From an uncultured Clostridia bacterium (GTDB lineage: Bacteria; Bacillota; Clostridia; Christensenellales; CAG-917): DNA of 64,000 nucleotides. Below the pieces are notes generated by a model. It worked only from the letters and a program-made list of their open reading frames with translations. It was not told the DNA's origin and searched no databases. Both the position numbers and the translations under genes were made by a program. The DNA lies in assembly GCA_944332815.1 (NCBI GenBank), contig CALVKQ010000001.1, positions 178,579-242,578 on the forward strand. Reading direction: 5' to 3'. Shown piece after piece: positions 22,608 to 30,897 of the stretch; position 1 is the first letter of the stretch, and every line of letters begins with the position of its first letter.

Positions 22608-24332
22608 ATGTGTGGGATCATCGGTTACACGGGGCGCCGCCGCGCCGCGAAAGTTTTGCTCTCCGGGCTCGCCGCGCTGGAATATCGCGGCTACGACAGC
22701 GCAGGAGTCGCGCTGGTCGGCAAAAAACTCACCGTATGTAAATGCGGAGGCAGAGTGTCCGCGCTCGCGGAAATGCTCCCCTCATCCAAAGCGCACACGG
22801 GCATAGGGCATACTCGCTGGGCGACCCACGGCGCACCCTGCGCCGAAAACGCGCACCCTCACCTCTCCTTCGACGGCAGGATCGCGCTGGTGCACAACGG
22901 CGTCATAGAAAATCAGGAAGAATTGCGCCGCGAACTCGTGAAAGCAGGCGTTCCCCTCGCCTCCCAAACGGACAGCGAACTGCTCGCCCACATGCTGGCG
23001 GCGGAGAGCGGCGATATGTGCGACAGGCTGCTGCGCGTAGCGGAACGCGCCCACGGAGCGATGACCGTGCTCGCCGTCGTCGAGGGAGAGGACAGGATAT
23101 ACTGCTACCGCCGCGGCGCCGCGCTCGTCATCGCGGAGGGCAACGGCGAATGTTTTGCGGCAAGCGACATGACCGCCCTCGCCCCCTATGCAAAACACGT
23201 GACCGTGCTCCGCGACGGAGAATGCGCCGTGCTCTCCCCGAACGGAGCGGAGCTCCGCACGCCTTGCGGCAAAGCGGACAGGGCGCGCGAGATAGACGTT
23301 CGTCCCGTGCGCGCGAGCGACTGCCATATGCGCGACGAAATAGCGGAGATACCTTCCTCGCTTTCCGCCGCTTGGTCCTCCTTTACGAACGCTTTTCCCG
23401 ACCGCGAGGAAGCTGTTGCGCGCCTTAAAAAGGCAAGCCGCATAGAGCTGTTCGGCTGCGGCACGGCGTATCACGCCTGCTTATACGGGCGCGAGGTGCT
23501 TGAAAGGCTGACGGGCATCCCCTGCCGCGCCCTCCCCTCCGGAGAGGCGGAAGAACTGCGCTTTTCGGGCAAGGATACATTCTCCGTCTTCGTCACCCAG
23601 AGCGGCGAAACCGCCGATACCCTACGCGTGCTGAACGAGAGCAAGAAAAAGGGAGCGTACACCCTTGCCGTCACCAACTGCGAAGGGAGCTCGGCTGCCA
23701 TGGCGGCGGACGGACGCCTTTTCCTGCGCGCCGGAGCGGAGATAGCCGTGGCGGCGACAAAGAGTTATTGCAGTCAGCTCCTTGCGCTGTGGCTGCTCGC
23801 AAAAGCCGCGGAAGGCTCGGGCGGAGAGGAAGACAGCGTAGCGTCCCTGATCGCAGCCTGCAAAAGCGCGCTCGCTTTGCCTCTGCCCTCCCTCCGCCGC
23901 GAACGGGAAAAGCTGTTCTTCATCGGCAAAGGGTTGGACCTCGTGACGGCGAAAGAGGGCGCGCTAAAATTCAAGGAAGTCACCTGCCGCACCGCGGAAG
24001 CCTACGCCGCAAGCGAACTCAAACACGGACCCATCGCCCTTGCGGACGCGGAAAGCGCGGCGGTGGCGGTCGTCACGGACGCAGCGTCTGCGGTCAGGAT
24101 GCGCGCGGCGGTGAGCGAACTGCGCGCAAGAGGGACGCGCGTGTTCGCCTACTCTTCCGTCGGGGACGTAGGCGCGGACATCACCTACACCCTCCCCGAT
24201 CCGGACGACTGCCTCCTCTCCCCGATAGCAGCCGTGATACCCTTGCAGCGGCTGGCGCTCGCCACCGCCGAAAAACTGGGGCTCGACCCCGACAAGCCGC
24301 GCAATCTGGCAAAGAGCGTGACCGTCATATGA
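22608..24332 (+). CDS. glmS: Glutamine--fructose-6-phosphate aminotransferase (isomerizing)
   Basis: Ntn start MCGIIGY, RGYDSAGVA, SIS motif TQSGETADT, C-terminal KSVTV. SD GGAGG before ATG 22608. Confidence 0.93.
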   Translation: MCGIIGYTGRRRAAKVLLSGLAALEYRGYDSAGVALVGKKLTVCKCGGRVSALAEMLPSSKAHTGIGHTRWATHGAPCAENAHPHLSFDGRIALVHNGVIENQEELRRELVKAGVPLASQTDSELLAHMLAAESGDMCDRLLRVAERAHGAMTVLAVVEGEDRIYCYRRGAALVIAEGNGECFAASDMTALAPYAKHVTVLRDGECAVLSPNGAELRTPCGKADRAREIDVRPVRASDCHMRDEIAEIPSSLSAAWSSFTNAFPDREEAVARLKKASRIELFGCGTAYHACLYGREVLERLTGIPCRALPSGEAEELRFSGKDTFSVFVTQSGETADTLRVLNESKKKGAYTLAVTNCEGSSAAMAADGRLFLRAGAEIAVAATKSYCSQLLALWLLAKAAEGSGGEEDSVASLIAACKSALALPLPSLRREREKLFFIGKGLDLVTAKEGALKFKEVTCRTAEAYAASELKHGPIALADAESAAVAVVTDAASAVRMRAAVSELRARGTRVFAYSSVGDVGADITYTLPDPDDCLLSPIAAVIPLQRLALATAEKLGLDPDKPRNLAKSVTVI

Positions 24333-24425
24333 TGACTCCCGCCCCCTCTTAAAAGAGATGTCCGAAACGCAAAAAACACACTTCCGAAGCGTAACTAGCG
24401 CATTTGCTGTATTCTCCGATAAATG

Positions 24426-24456
24426 ACAAAAAGCGGCGTTTAACGCCGTTTTTTGC
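24426..24456. terminator. Bidirectional terminator between convergent glmS and the Sir2 gene
   Basis: AAAAAGCGGCGtttaaCGCCGTTTTTT. A-run and T-run flank a GC stem. Confidence 0.55.
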
Positions 24457-24471
24457 ATATTAAAACCCGTG

Positions 24472-25212
24472 TTACATCTTTCCCAGCCTCTCCGCGATCT
24501 CGGCGACGTCGCCGTAAACGGTGAGCGTCGCAATGCCGTCGCGCGCGGTCGGAGTTTTGTTGACGAGCACCAGTTCTTTCCCGTTGAAGCAGTCGGGGAG
24601 CGCCGCCGCAGGATAGACCGCGAGCGAGGTCCCGGCAATGATGAGGACGTCCGCTCGGGAGATGTCCGCGACTGCTCCGTCCAGCACGTCGGAGTCCAGG
24701 TTTTCGCCGTAGAGCACCACGCAGGGGCGCACCGTGCCTCCGCATTCCGGGCACTTCGGCACCCCCTTCGACCGCAGAATGAACTGCTCGTCGTAGCCTT
24801 TTCCGCAGCGGTCGCATCTGTTACGCTTGACGCTGCCGTGCAACTCCCAAACTCTTTCGGAGCCTGCCGCCTGATGCAGTCCGTCTATGTTCTGTGTGAC
24901 CACGGAAAGCAGTTTCCCCTCCCTTTCGGCACGCGCGAAATAGAGGTGCGCGGCGTTGGGCTTCGCATTCGGATAGAGCATCTTGCTCCTGTAAAAGTCG
25001 AAGAAGAGGCTGGGGTGCAGGGTCAGGCACTCGTGCGACAGCATATATTCCGCGCTGTACCCTGCAAATCTGCCCGAGTAAATTCCTCCGGCGCTGCGGA
25101 AATCGGGGATGCCGCTGGGCACCGAGAACCCTGCCCCCGTGAACAGCACCGCCCTCTTCGCATTTTTGATCACGGCAGCCAGCCGCTCCACGCTTTTTTC
25201 GATGTCCTCCAT
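24472..25212 (-). CDS. cobB: NAD-dependent protein deacylase (Sir2/CobB family)
   Basis: 246 aa embedded in a 708-aa shadow ORF. GAGFSVPSGIPDFRS, QNIDGLH, Zn ribbon CDRCG...CPECGG. SD GAGGAGG before ATG 25212. Confidence 0.88.
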   Translation of the reverse strand: MEDIEKSVERLAAVIKNAKRAVLFTGAGFSVPSGIPDFRSAGGIYSGRFAGYSAEYMLSHECLTLHPSLFFDFYRSKMLYPNAKPNAAHLYFARAEREGKLLSVVTQNIDGLHQAAGSERVWELHGSVKRNRCDRCGKGYDEQFILRSKGVPKCPECGGTVRPCVVLYGENLDSDVLDGAVADISRADVLIIAGTSLAVYPAAALPDCFNGKELVLVNKTPTARDGIATLTVYGDVAEIAERLGKM

Positions 25213-25279
25213 AAGCGCCTCCTCTCGGATTATACTCCTCTCCCGACGGGAAACGCAACCCCCGACCGCGCGAAAACAT

Positions 25280-25308
25280 TTGATATCGGAGGAGGAAAGT
25301 ATTATAAT
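25280..25308 (+). promoter_or_regulatory. Promoter for the aminotransferase gene (TTGATA-17-TATAAT)
   Basis: TTGATAtcggaggaggaaagtatTATAAT, 46 nt before the ATG. Confidence 0.55.
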
Positions 25309-25353
25309 CATATGGTCAAAAGCGCGCCGCGCGGCGCGAAAACGGAGGCAATA

Positions 25354-26541
25354 ATGTTCAATAGCAAGATGTATGAACTGGGCAGTCACCGCTCCGTCAT
25401 AAGAGATCTTTTCGAGTTCGGCAAAAAGAGAGCGGCGGAGGTCGGCGCGGACAAAGTGTACGACTTCTCTCTCGGCAACCCCAACGTCCCTGCTCCGGAC
25501 GGGGTCAAAGCGGCGGCGGAAAAGCTGCTCGCCCTCCCTGACAACACCGTTTTGCACGGCTACACCTCCGCGCAGGGCGACGCCGACGTCAGGCGCGCCG
25601 TGGCGGACAGCATAAACGCGCGCTTCGGCGCAGGCGTGTCGCCCGACTTCATTTACATGACCTGCGGCGCGGCGGCTTCTCTCACCATCACCCTGAACGC
25701 GCTTTCGGAGCCGGGGGACGAATTCATACTGCTTGCCCCCTTCTTCCCCGAGTACTCGGTGTTCGTCAAGGCGGCAGGCGCCACCCCCGTGGTCGTCCCC
25801 TTCGACGCCGCAACCTTCGCGCCCGACCTCGACGCGCTGGAAAAAGCCTTGAACGCGCACACTAAAGGCATCATCGTCAACTCCCCCAACAATCCCTCGG
25901 GGACAGTCTACTCTCGCGCCACATTGGAGCGCATCGCCGCCCTGCTCTCCGCAGCGTCGGCAAAATTCGGCACGCATATCGTCCTCATCGCGGACGAGCC
26001 TTACCGCGAACTCGTCTACGATGACATCGAAGTGCCCTATCTTATGAATGTCTACCCGGACACGGTGGTGTGTTACAGCTGGTCCAAGTCCCTCTCCCTG
26101 CCCGGCGAACGCATAGGCTACATCGCCATCTCTCCCCGTCTTTACGAGAAAGAAAGCGTCTACGCCGCAGTGTGCGGAGCAGGCAGAGCGCTGGGCTACG
26201 TCTGCGCCCCCGGTATGTTCCAGCGCGTCGCGGCAGCCTGCGTGAACGAACTGCCCGACATCGAGGCTTACCGCCGCAACCGCGACCTCATTTACTCCGC
26301 TCTCACGGAAATGGGCTACGACTGCGTGCACCCGGACGGCGCGTTCTACCTCTTCGTGCGCTCCCTCGAACCCGACGCGAACGCCTTCTCCGACCGCGCG
26401 AAAAACTACGGACTGCTCATCGTCCCCGGCGATACCTTCGGCGCACCCGGGTATGTACGCATCTCCTACTGCGTGAGCCACGACATGATCGAGCGCTCCC
26501 TCCCTGCCTTCCGCGCCCTCATCGACTCTTACAAGAAATGA
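25354..26541 (+). CDS. PLP-dependent aminotransferase, class I (aspartate/aromatic-type)
   Basis: 395 aa. FSLGNPNVP and the PLP-lysine block YSWSKSLSLPGERIGY. SD ACGGAGG before ATG 25354. Confidence 0.88.
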   Translation: MFNSKMYELGSHRSVIRDLFEFGKKRAAEVGADKVYDFSLGNPNVPAPDGVKAAAEKLLALPDNTVLHGYTSAQGDADVRRAVADSINARFGAGVSPDFIYMTCGAAASLTITLNALSEPGDEFILLAPFFPEYSVFVKAAGATPVVVPFDAATFAPDLDALEKALNAHTKGIIVNSPNNPSGTVYSRATLERIAALLSAASAKFGTHIVLIADEPYRELVYDDIEVPYLMNVYPDTVVCYSWSKSLSLPGERIGYIAISPRLYEKESVYAAVCGAGRALGYVCAPGMFQRVAAACVNELPDIEAYRRNRDLIYSALTEMGYDCVHPDGAFYLFVRSLEPDANAFSDRAKNYGLLIVPGDTFGAPGYVRISYCVSHDMIERSLPAFRALIDSYKK

Positions 26542-26562
26542 TCGGTCACCCGAAGACACCGC

Positions 26563-26596
26563 AAAAAAGCCCGTTGCATCTGCAACGGGCTTTTCC
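26563..26596 (+). terminator. Terminator after the aminotransferase gene
   Basis: AAAAAAGCCCGTTGCAtcTGCAACGGGCTTTT. Confidence 0.7.
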
Positions 26597-26706
26597 ATCC
26601 GATGTCGTATTATTCATATCTCCCTTACGGGCAGCCCGTTGATGGTTTTCTCGGGCACGGCGCTTTCGTTTTCTTTATAGCATACGTAATAGTACTCTTT
26701 CCCTAT

Positions 26707-26998
26707 CCGGGACAATAGGGGACGGGGCAAAAATGTTCAAATGTGGGCAGGGAATGCCCACATTTGAACATTTGCGCACCCAAACCCCACAAGTGGGTAC
26801 CCCTGCTTTACCCCGTCCCCTATTGTCCCAACGCGTTCCTGTTTCTATATAACGTGAAGCATGAGCGAGCGTGCCTGAACACACTCCACGCCCATTCGAA
26901 GACGGAATAAATACTCTATTTCTCACGTGCACTCTTCCGGGGCGTGCTTGATTTACAACTTTCTCATTCAAAGACGGAACCACGCGCCGCTCAGCCAA
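26707..26998 (-). repeat. Long-hairpin intergenic element, copy 3 (inverted relative to copies 1 and 2), with the same extended flank
   Basis: Arms at 26709-26731 and 26807-26829. 19-bp inner stem AAATGTTCAAATGTGGGCA/TGCCCACATTTGAACATTT. The reverse complement aligns with 15302-15600. Confidence 0.9.
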
Positions 26999-27238
26999 GC
27001 GTTCACAGGCGGCTTGCCGCCGCTTGAACGCCGCGGCGCGTCCCAACCTCGTACACAATGCTCACTTATTCGGGGCGGAGCCGCAACAGGCGGCGACCGT
27101 GTGAGTGCCGAGCGCTAGACGAGTAGTGCGCCGGCAATGCGCCACTCTCTTCGCGCAGCGGGCGCATTGCAAGCGGCATAACATGGCGGCTCCGCAGAGG
27201 TGCCGTCCTCGGAAGCAGTAGTGCGCGAGCGCCGAAGG

Positions 27239-27290
27239 TTTCCCCCAAAATGGTGGGTTCCCTTTCAAGGGGGAACGATTTTGGGGGAAA
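27239..27290. repeat. 13-bp-stem hairpin TTTCCCCCAAAAT / ATTTTGGGGGAAA
   Basis: Perfect outer stem with an inner GTTCCC/GGGAAC pairing. Same C-run/A-run/T word as the 14972 palindrome. Confidence 0.85.
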
Positions 27291-27412
27291 CCCGAAGGAA
27301 GGGGGCAAACAACACTTAAAGGTATGAGGAATGTCCCCTTTCCCCGAAGGGAAGGAGGGGGTCTATACTCCCATGTCAGGGGACGCGCTCCCGAACTTTT
27401 TTATTATAAAAG

Positions 27413-27452
27413 TGCGCCGAGTGTTGCGAGCGAAGCCGCAACTCTCGGCGCA
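27413..27452. repeat. 16-bp-stem hairpin flanked by AT-rich TATAAAAG words
   Basis: TGCGCCGAGTGTTGCG-agcgaagc-CGCAACTCTCGGCGCA (one mismatch). Confidence 0.8.
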
Positions 27453-27557
27453 ATATTATATAAAAGTTTGGGGTCGAGGGGCATCATGCCCCTCGCCGGG
27501 GTGCAGGGGCAGCGCCCCTGCCTGGTTCAAGAGGCGGCGCCCCTGCCTGCTTACGCC

Positions 27558-27599
27558 CCGAAGTAAGGTGAGCACCGAAAGGCGCTCACCTTACTTCGG
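27558..27599. repeat. 16-bp perfect hairpin whose right arm is the last codons plus stop of nrdG
   Basis: CCGAAGTAAGGTGAGC ... GCTCACCTTACTTCGG with a CC-GAAA-GG apical extension. The nrdG stop TGA is at 27586-27588, inside the right arm. Confidence 0.9.
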
Positions 27600-28245
27600 T
27601 GTTGACATAGGGCAAACACGCCTCTCTTGCTGCGGCGAGGAACTCTTTGGAGGGGGGCTTGAACCCCATGCCGTGGTCGACGTAGGGTTGGAGATAGAAG
27701 ATGCGCGCGCCGGCGATCTCTTTGGCTGCCTCCACTATCTCTTCCTGTTCGAACTGGGGGATGACGGTCATGCGGAACTCGTAAGGTATCTTGGTCTGCG
27801 ACATGAGATACGCCGCGGTCTTGCGCAGTTTGGCAGGGTCCGCCGTCCTTGTCGGGGACACGCGGAAGTACTTGTCGAAGGGGGCTTTCACGTCCATTGC
27901 CACATAGTCGAACAGTCCCTGCTCGACGCCCTCTTTGACCACCTCGGGGCGCATGCCGTTGGTGTCCAGCTTCACCTGCATCCCGATGTCGCGGAGTTTT
28001 TTGGCAAAGTCGAAAAGGTCGGGCTGCAAGGTGGGCTCGCCTCCCGAGATGACCACGCCGTCCAGCAAAAAATTTTCCTTTATCCTTTCCAGGATGGCGT
28101 CGTCGGAGAGAAACTCCTTGGTGTCCAGGATCTCCGCGTTATGGCAATACCAACAGCGGAGGTTGCACCCTCCCACAAAAACTATGGCGGCGATGTTGCC
28201 GGGAAAATCCACAAAACTGTTGGGGTTGTAGCCTGCTATCCTCAT
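27586..28245 (-). CDS. nrdG: Anaerobic ribonucleoside-triphosphate reductase activating protein (radical SAM)
   Basis: MRIAGYNPNSFVDFPGNIAAIVFVGGCNLRCWYCHN (CxxxCxxC). SD AAAGGAG before ATG 28245. Directly downstream of nrdD. Confidence 0.9.
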   Translation of the reverse strand: MRIAGYNPNSFVDFPGNIAAIVFVGGCNLRCWYCHNAEILDTKEFLSDDAILERIKENFLLDGVVISGGEPTLQPDLFDFAKKLRDIGMQVKLDTNGMRPEVVKEGVEQGLFDYVAMDVKAPFDKYFRVSPTRTADPAKLRKTAAYLMSQTKIPYEFRMTVIPQFEQEEIVEAAKEIAGARIFYLQPYVDHGMGFKPPSKEFLAAAREACLPYVNTEVR

Positions 28246-28292
28246 ATATGCTCCTTTGCCGACGCGCGCCTGCTTACATGCGCGCAGTTGCA

Positions 28293-28317
28293 AAATGGAC
28301 GGTTTGACCGTCCATTT
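28293..28317 (-). terminator. Hairpin between nrdD and nrdG (possible partial terminator or processing site)
   Basis: 10-bp perfect stem AAATGGACGG/CCGTCCATTT with a 5-nt loop, followed by UUUGC on the minus transcript. Confidence 0.35.
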
Positions 28318-28339
28318 CGCTTATATAAACCGCTTATTC

Positions 28340-30445
28340 TTACAGTTTGACCGTTTTAAGCTGTTCGGGTTTGAGCTCGTATTTGACTCTCTCCCTCCAC
28401 TCCTCTTTCTTGCCGTTGTTGAAGTTCTGCACCGGGCGCAGGTAGCCCACGACTCTGGTGTAGACCTCCGCATCCGCGCCGCACTCGGGGCAAGTGAAGT
28501 GCTCGCCGTCGATGTAACCGTGGTTGGGGCAGACGCTGAACGTCGGGGTGATGGAGATGTAAGGCATCTTGGAGGTTTCGAAGACCTTCTTGATGAGCTT
28601 CTTCGCCGCGTTGATATCCTTGACGCTCTCGCCGAGATAGAGGTGCTGGACGGTGCCGCCCGTGAAGAGGGACTGGATCTCGTCTTGCAATCTCACCGTT
28701 TCCATGATGTCCTCGCCGAAGCCGACGGGCAGTTGCGCGGAGTTGGTGTAATACACATCCTCTTCGCCTGCGGTGATGATGCCGGGATAGTACTTCTTGT
28801 CAAGCAGCGCGAGGCGGTAGGAAGTGCCTTCCGCGGGCGTGGCTTCCAGGTTGTACATATGCCCCGTTTCCTTTTGGAACTCCACCATTATCTCGCGCAT
28901 ATAGTTCATGACGCGGATGGTGAACTGCTGTCCTTCGGGGGTGGAGATGTCCTTGCCCATGAAGTTGAGGCACGCCTCGTTCATGCCGATGATGCCGATG
29001 GTGTTGAAGTGATTGGACCAGTACTCGCCGGTGCGCTCCTTGACGCCGCGCAGATAATGCGTGGAGTAAGGATACAAACCTCTTTCGGACTGGGCTTCGA
29101 CTATCTTGCGCTTGATCTCGAGAGAGGTCTTCGCGATGACCGCCATATGACGCACGCGCTCCAGGAACTCCCCTTCCGTCTTGCTGAGGTAGCCGATACG
29201 GGGCAGGTTGATGGTGACGACGCCGATGGAACCCGTGTGGGGGTTGGAGCCGAACAGACCGCCGCCGCGTTTTCTGAGTTCGCTGACGTCGAGGCGCAGA
29301 CGGCAGCACATGCTCACCGCGTCCTCGGGGTTGAGGTCGGAGTTGATATAGTTGGCAAAATACGGGATGCCGTACTTGCAGGTGATCTCCATAAAGGCGT
29401 TGACCACTTCGCTGTTCCAGTCAAACTCCTTGGTGACGTTGATGGTGGGGATGGGGAAGGTGAACACTCTGCCCTTGGAGTCACCCTCCAACATGACGTC
29501 GCAGAACGCCTTGTTGAAGATGTCCATCTCCTTCTGGAACTCCTTGTAGGTCTTGTCTTTCAGTTCGCCGCCGATGACCACGGGCTGATCGGCAAGAGTG
29601 CGCGGCACCTTGATGTCGAACGTGAGGTTGGAGAAGGGGCACTGGAAACCCACTCTCGTAGGCACGTTGATGTTGAACACGAACTCCTGCAAGCACTGTC
29701 TGACCTGCTCGTAGGTCATGTTGTCGTAGTAAATGAAAGGCGCGCAGTAAGTGTCGATGGAGCTCCATGCCTGTGCGCCGGCGGTTTCGCCCTGCGTGGT
29801 GAACGTGGAGTTGACCAGCTGACCGAGGAAGGAACGAAGGTGTTTCGCCGGACGGGATTCCACCTTGCCGCTCACGCCGCCGAACCCGTCGGTGAGGAGC
29901 TGCCTGACGTCCCAACCTGCGCAGTAGGGGCCGAAGAAACCGAGGTCGTGCAGATGGATGTCGCCGCTCTCGTGCGCCTCACGCACCTCTTTGGGATAGA
30001 CCTTATACAGCCAGTACTTCTTGGTGAAGTGCTCGCGGACATAGTTGTTGAGCCCGTTGACGCTCTTTTGCATGTTGGCGTTCTCTTTCACGCCCCAGTC
30101 CTTGTCGGCGAGATAGCCGGTGAACAGCTCGGAGGTTTCGCCGATGAGCGCGGAGATCTTTCTGGCTTCCTGACGCCTCTCGCGGTAAAGGATGTACGCC
30201 TTTGCGGTCTGCGCGTGTCCTTCGTTGATGAGTACCTCTTCCACGAGGTCCTGGATGTCCTCGACGGACGGGATCTTGTCCACGAACTTGACTTCCGCCG
30301 CCTTGACGACGAGCTCCGCAAGCTCCGCCGAAAGCTCTCTGTTCTTGCCGCCGCAAGCCTGTGCCGCCTTGAAAATGGCGTCTGCGATCTTTTGCTTGTT
30401 GAAGAATTCAATTCTTCCGTCACGCTTAAGGATCTTGATGATCAT
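28340..30445 (-). CDS. nrdD: Anaerobic ribonucleoside-triphosphate reductase (class III)
   Basis: ATP-cone MIIKILKRDGRIEFFNKQKI, C-terminal Zn site CPNHGYIDGEHFTCPECG and glycyl-radical motif RVVGYLRPV. SD GGGAGAAAGGG before ATG 30445. Confidence 0.93.
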   Translation of the reverse strand: MIIKILKRDGRIEFFNKQKIADAIFKAAQACGGKNRELSAELAELVVKAAEVKFVDKIPSVEDIQDLVEEVLINEGHAQTAKAYILYRERRQEARKISALIGETSELFTGYLADKDWGVKENANMQKSVNGLNNYVREHFTKKYWLYKVYPKEVREAHESGDIHLHDLGFFGPYCAGWDVRQLLTDGFGGVSGKVESRPAKHLRSFLGQLVNSTFTTQGETAGAQAWSSIDTYCAPFIYYDNMTYEQVRQCLQEFVFNINVPTRVGFQCPFSNLTFDIKVPRTLADQPVVIGGELKDKTYKEFQKEMDIFNKAFCDVMLEGDSKGRVFTFPIPTINVTKEFDWNSEVVNAFMEITCKYGIPYFANYINSDLNPEDAVSMCCRLRLDVSELRKRGGGLFGSNPHTGSIGVVTINLPRIGYLSKTEGEFLERVRHMAVIAKTSLEIKRKIVEAQSERGLYPYSTHYLRGVKERTGEYWSNHFNTIGIIGMNEACLNFMGKDISTPEGQQFTIRVMNYMREIMVEFQKETGHMYNLEATPAEGTSYRLALLDKKYYPGIITAGEEDVYYTNSAQLPVGFGEDIMETVRLQDEIQSLFTGGTVQHLYLGESVKDINAAKKLIKKVFETSKMPYISITPTFSVCPNHGYIDGEHFTCPECGADAEVYTRVVGYLRPVQNFNNGKKEEWRERVKYELKPEQLKTVKL

Positions 30446-30516
30446 ACCCTTTCTCCCTGTGTCGAATAATAGTAGTTCAGGTCGGAATTTGTCGCCCTCC
30501 CCGAAGATGCACGACA

Positions 30517-30545
30517 ATCGTATCACAACAATATGTTGTTGTCAA
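30517..30545 (-). promoter_or_regulatory. Promoter for nrdDG (TTGACA-17-TACGAT)
   Basis: Minus strand TTGACAacaacatattgttgtgaTACGAT. The spacer is itself an NrdR-box-like palindrome. Confidence 0.55.
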
Positions 30546-30572
30546 CGGGGATAAGACCACAAAATATTGTTT
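30526..30572 (-). promoter_or_regulatory. Two NrdR-box-like palindromes, centres 31 bp apart
   Basis: CAACAATATGTTGTTG (30526-30541) and CCACAAAATATTGTTT (30557-30572) match 11/16 and 13/16 of my recalled NrdR consensus ACACAATATATTGTGT. Tandem 31-32 bp spacing upstream of nrd genes is the known arrangement. Confidence 0.55.
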
Positions 30573-30803
30573 TCTTGTGAAACTTTTCCGCGCCTTGTTT
30601 CACGTCGCGGAAACACGCAGTCGGAAGAGGGAAAAAGCCGTGTCGCGTCCCCTTTTTGTCCCACGCGGAAAAGCGTTCTCTTTTTTACCTTTTAAGTTTG
30701 CGCGCATTTCCGCCGCCTATTCCGCGCCGGGATGACATCCGTTCCTCGCCCACAATATATATAACGTTTTCCGGTGCGCGCGTAAAACGCGCGAAATTTT
30801 CAG

Positions 30804-30831
30804 TTGAAATAAAGCATAATAATGCTATAAT
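30804..30831 (+). promoter_or_regulatory. Promoter for the large surface lipoprotein gene (TTGAAA-16-TATAAT)
   Basis: TTGAAAtaaagcataataatgcTATAAT, 66 nt before the ATG. Confidence 0.5.
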
Positions 30832-30897
30832 GTTATAAGCGTTCCGATTTTTCGGGAAAAACCGGCTGAGGCGGCATCTCGTCGCCCGAGGAAAAGC

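Noticed and set aside
24472-25212. Sir2-domain protein as a possible anti-phage (Thoeris/DSR-like) effector.
   Set aside because: It is a compact 246-aa CobB-type deacylase with an intact Zn ribbon and NAD pocket motifs. It has no fused sensor domain or partner gene and sits in a housekeeping context.
24469-26598. A 690-aa + ORF and a 708-aa - ORF spanning the Sir2/aminotransferase locus.
   Set aside because: Only the C-terminal 246 aa (minus) and 395 aa (plus) carry real domains and have SD-preceded ATGs (25212 and 25354). The N-terminal extensions are antisense shadows of the neighbouring gene.
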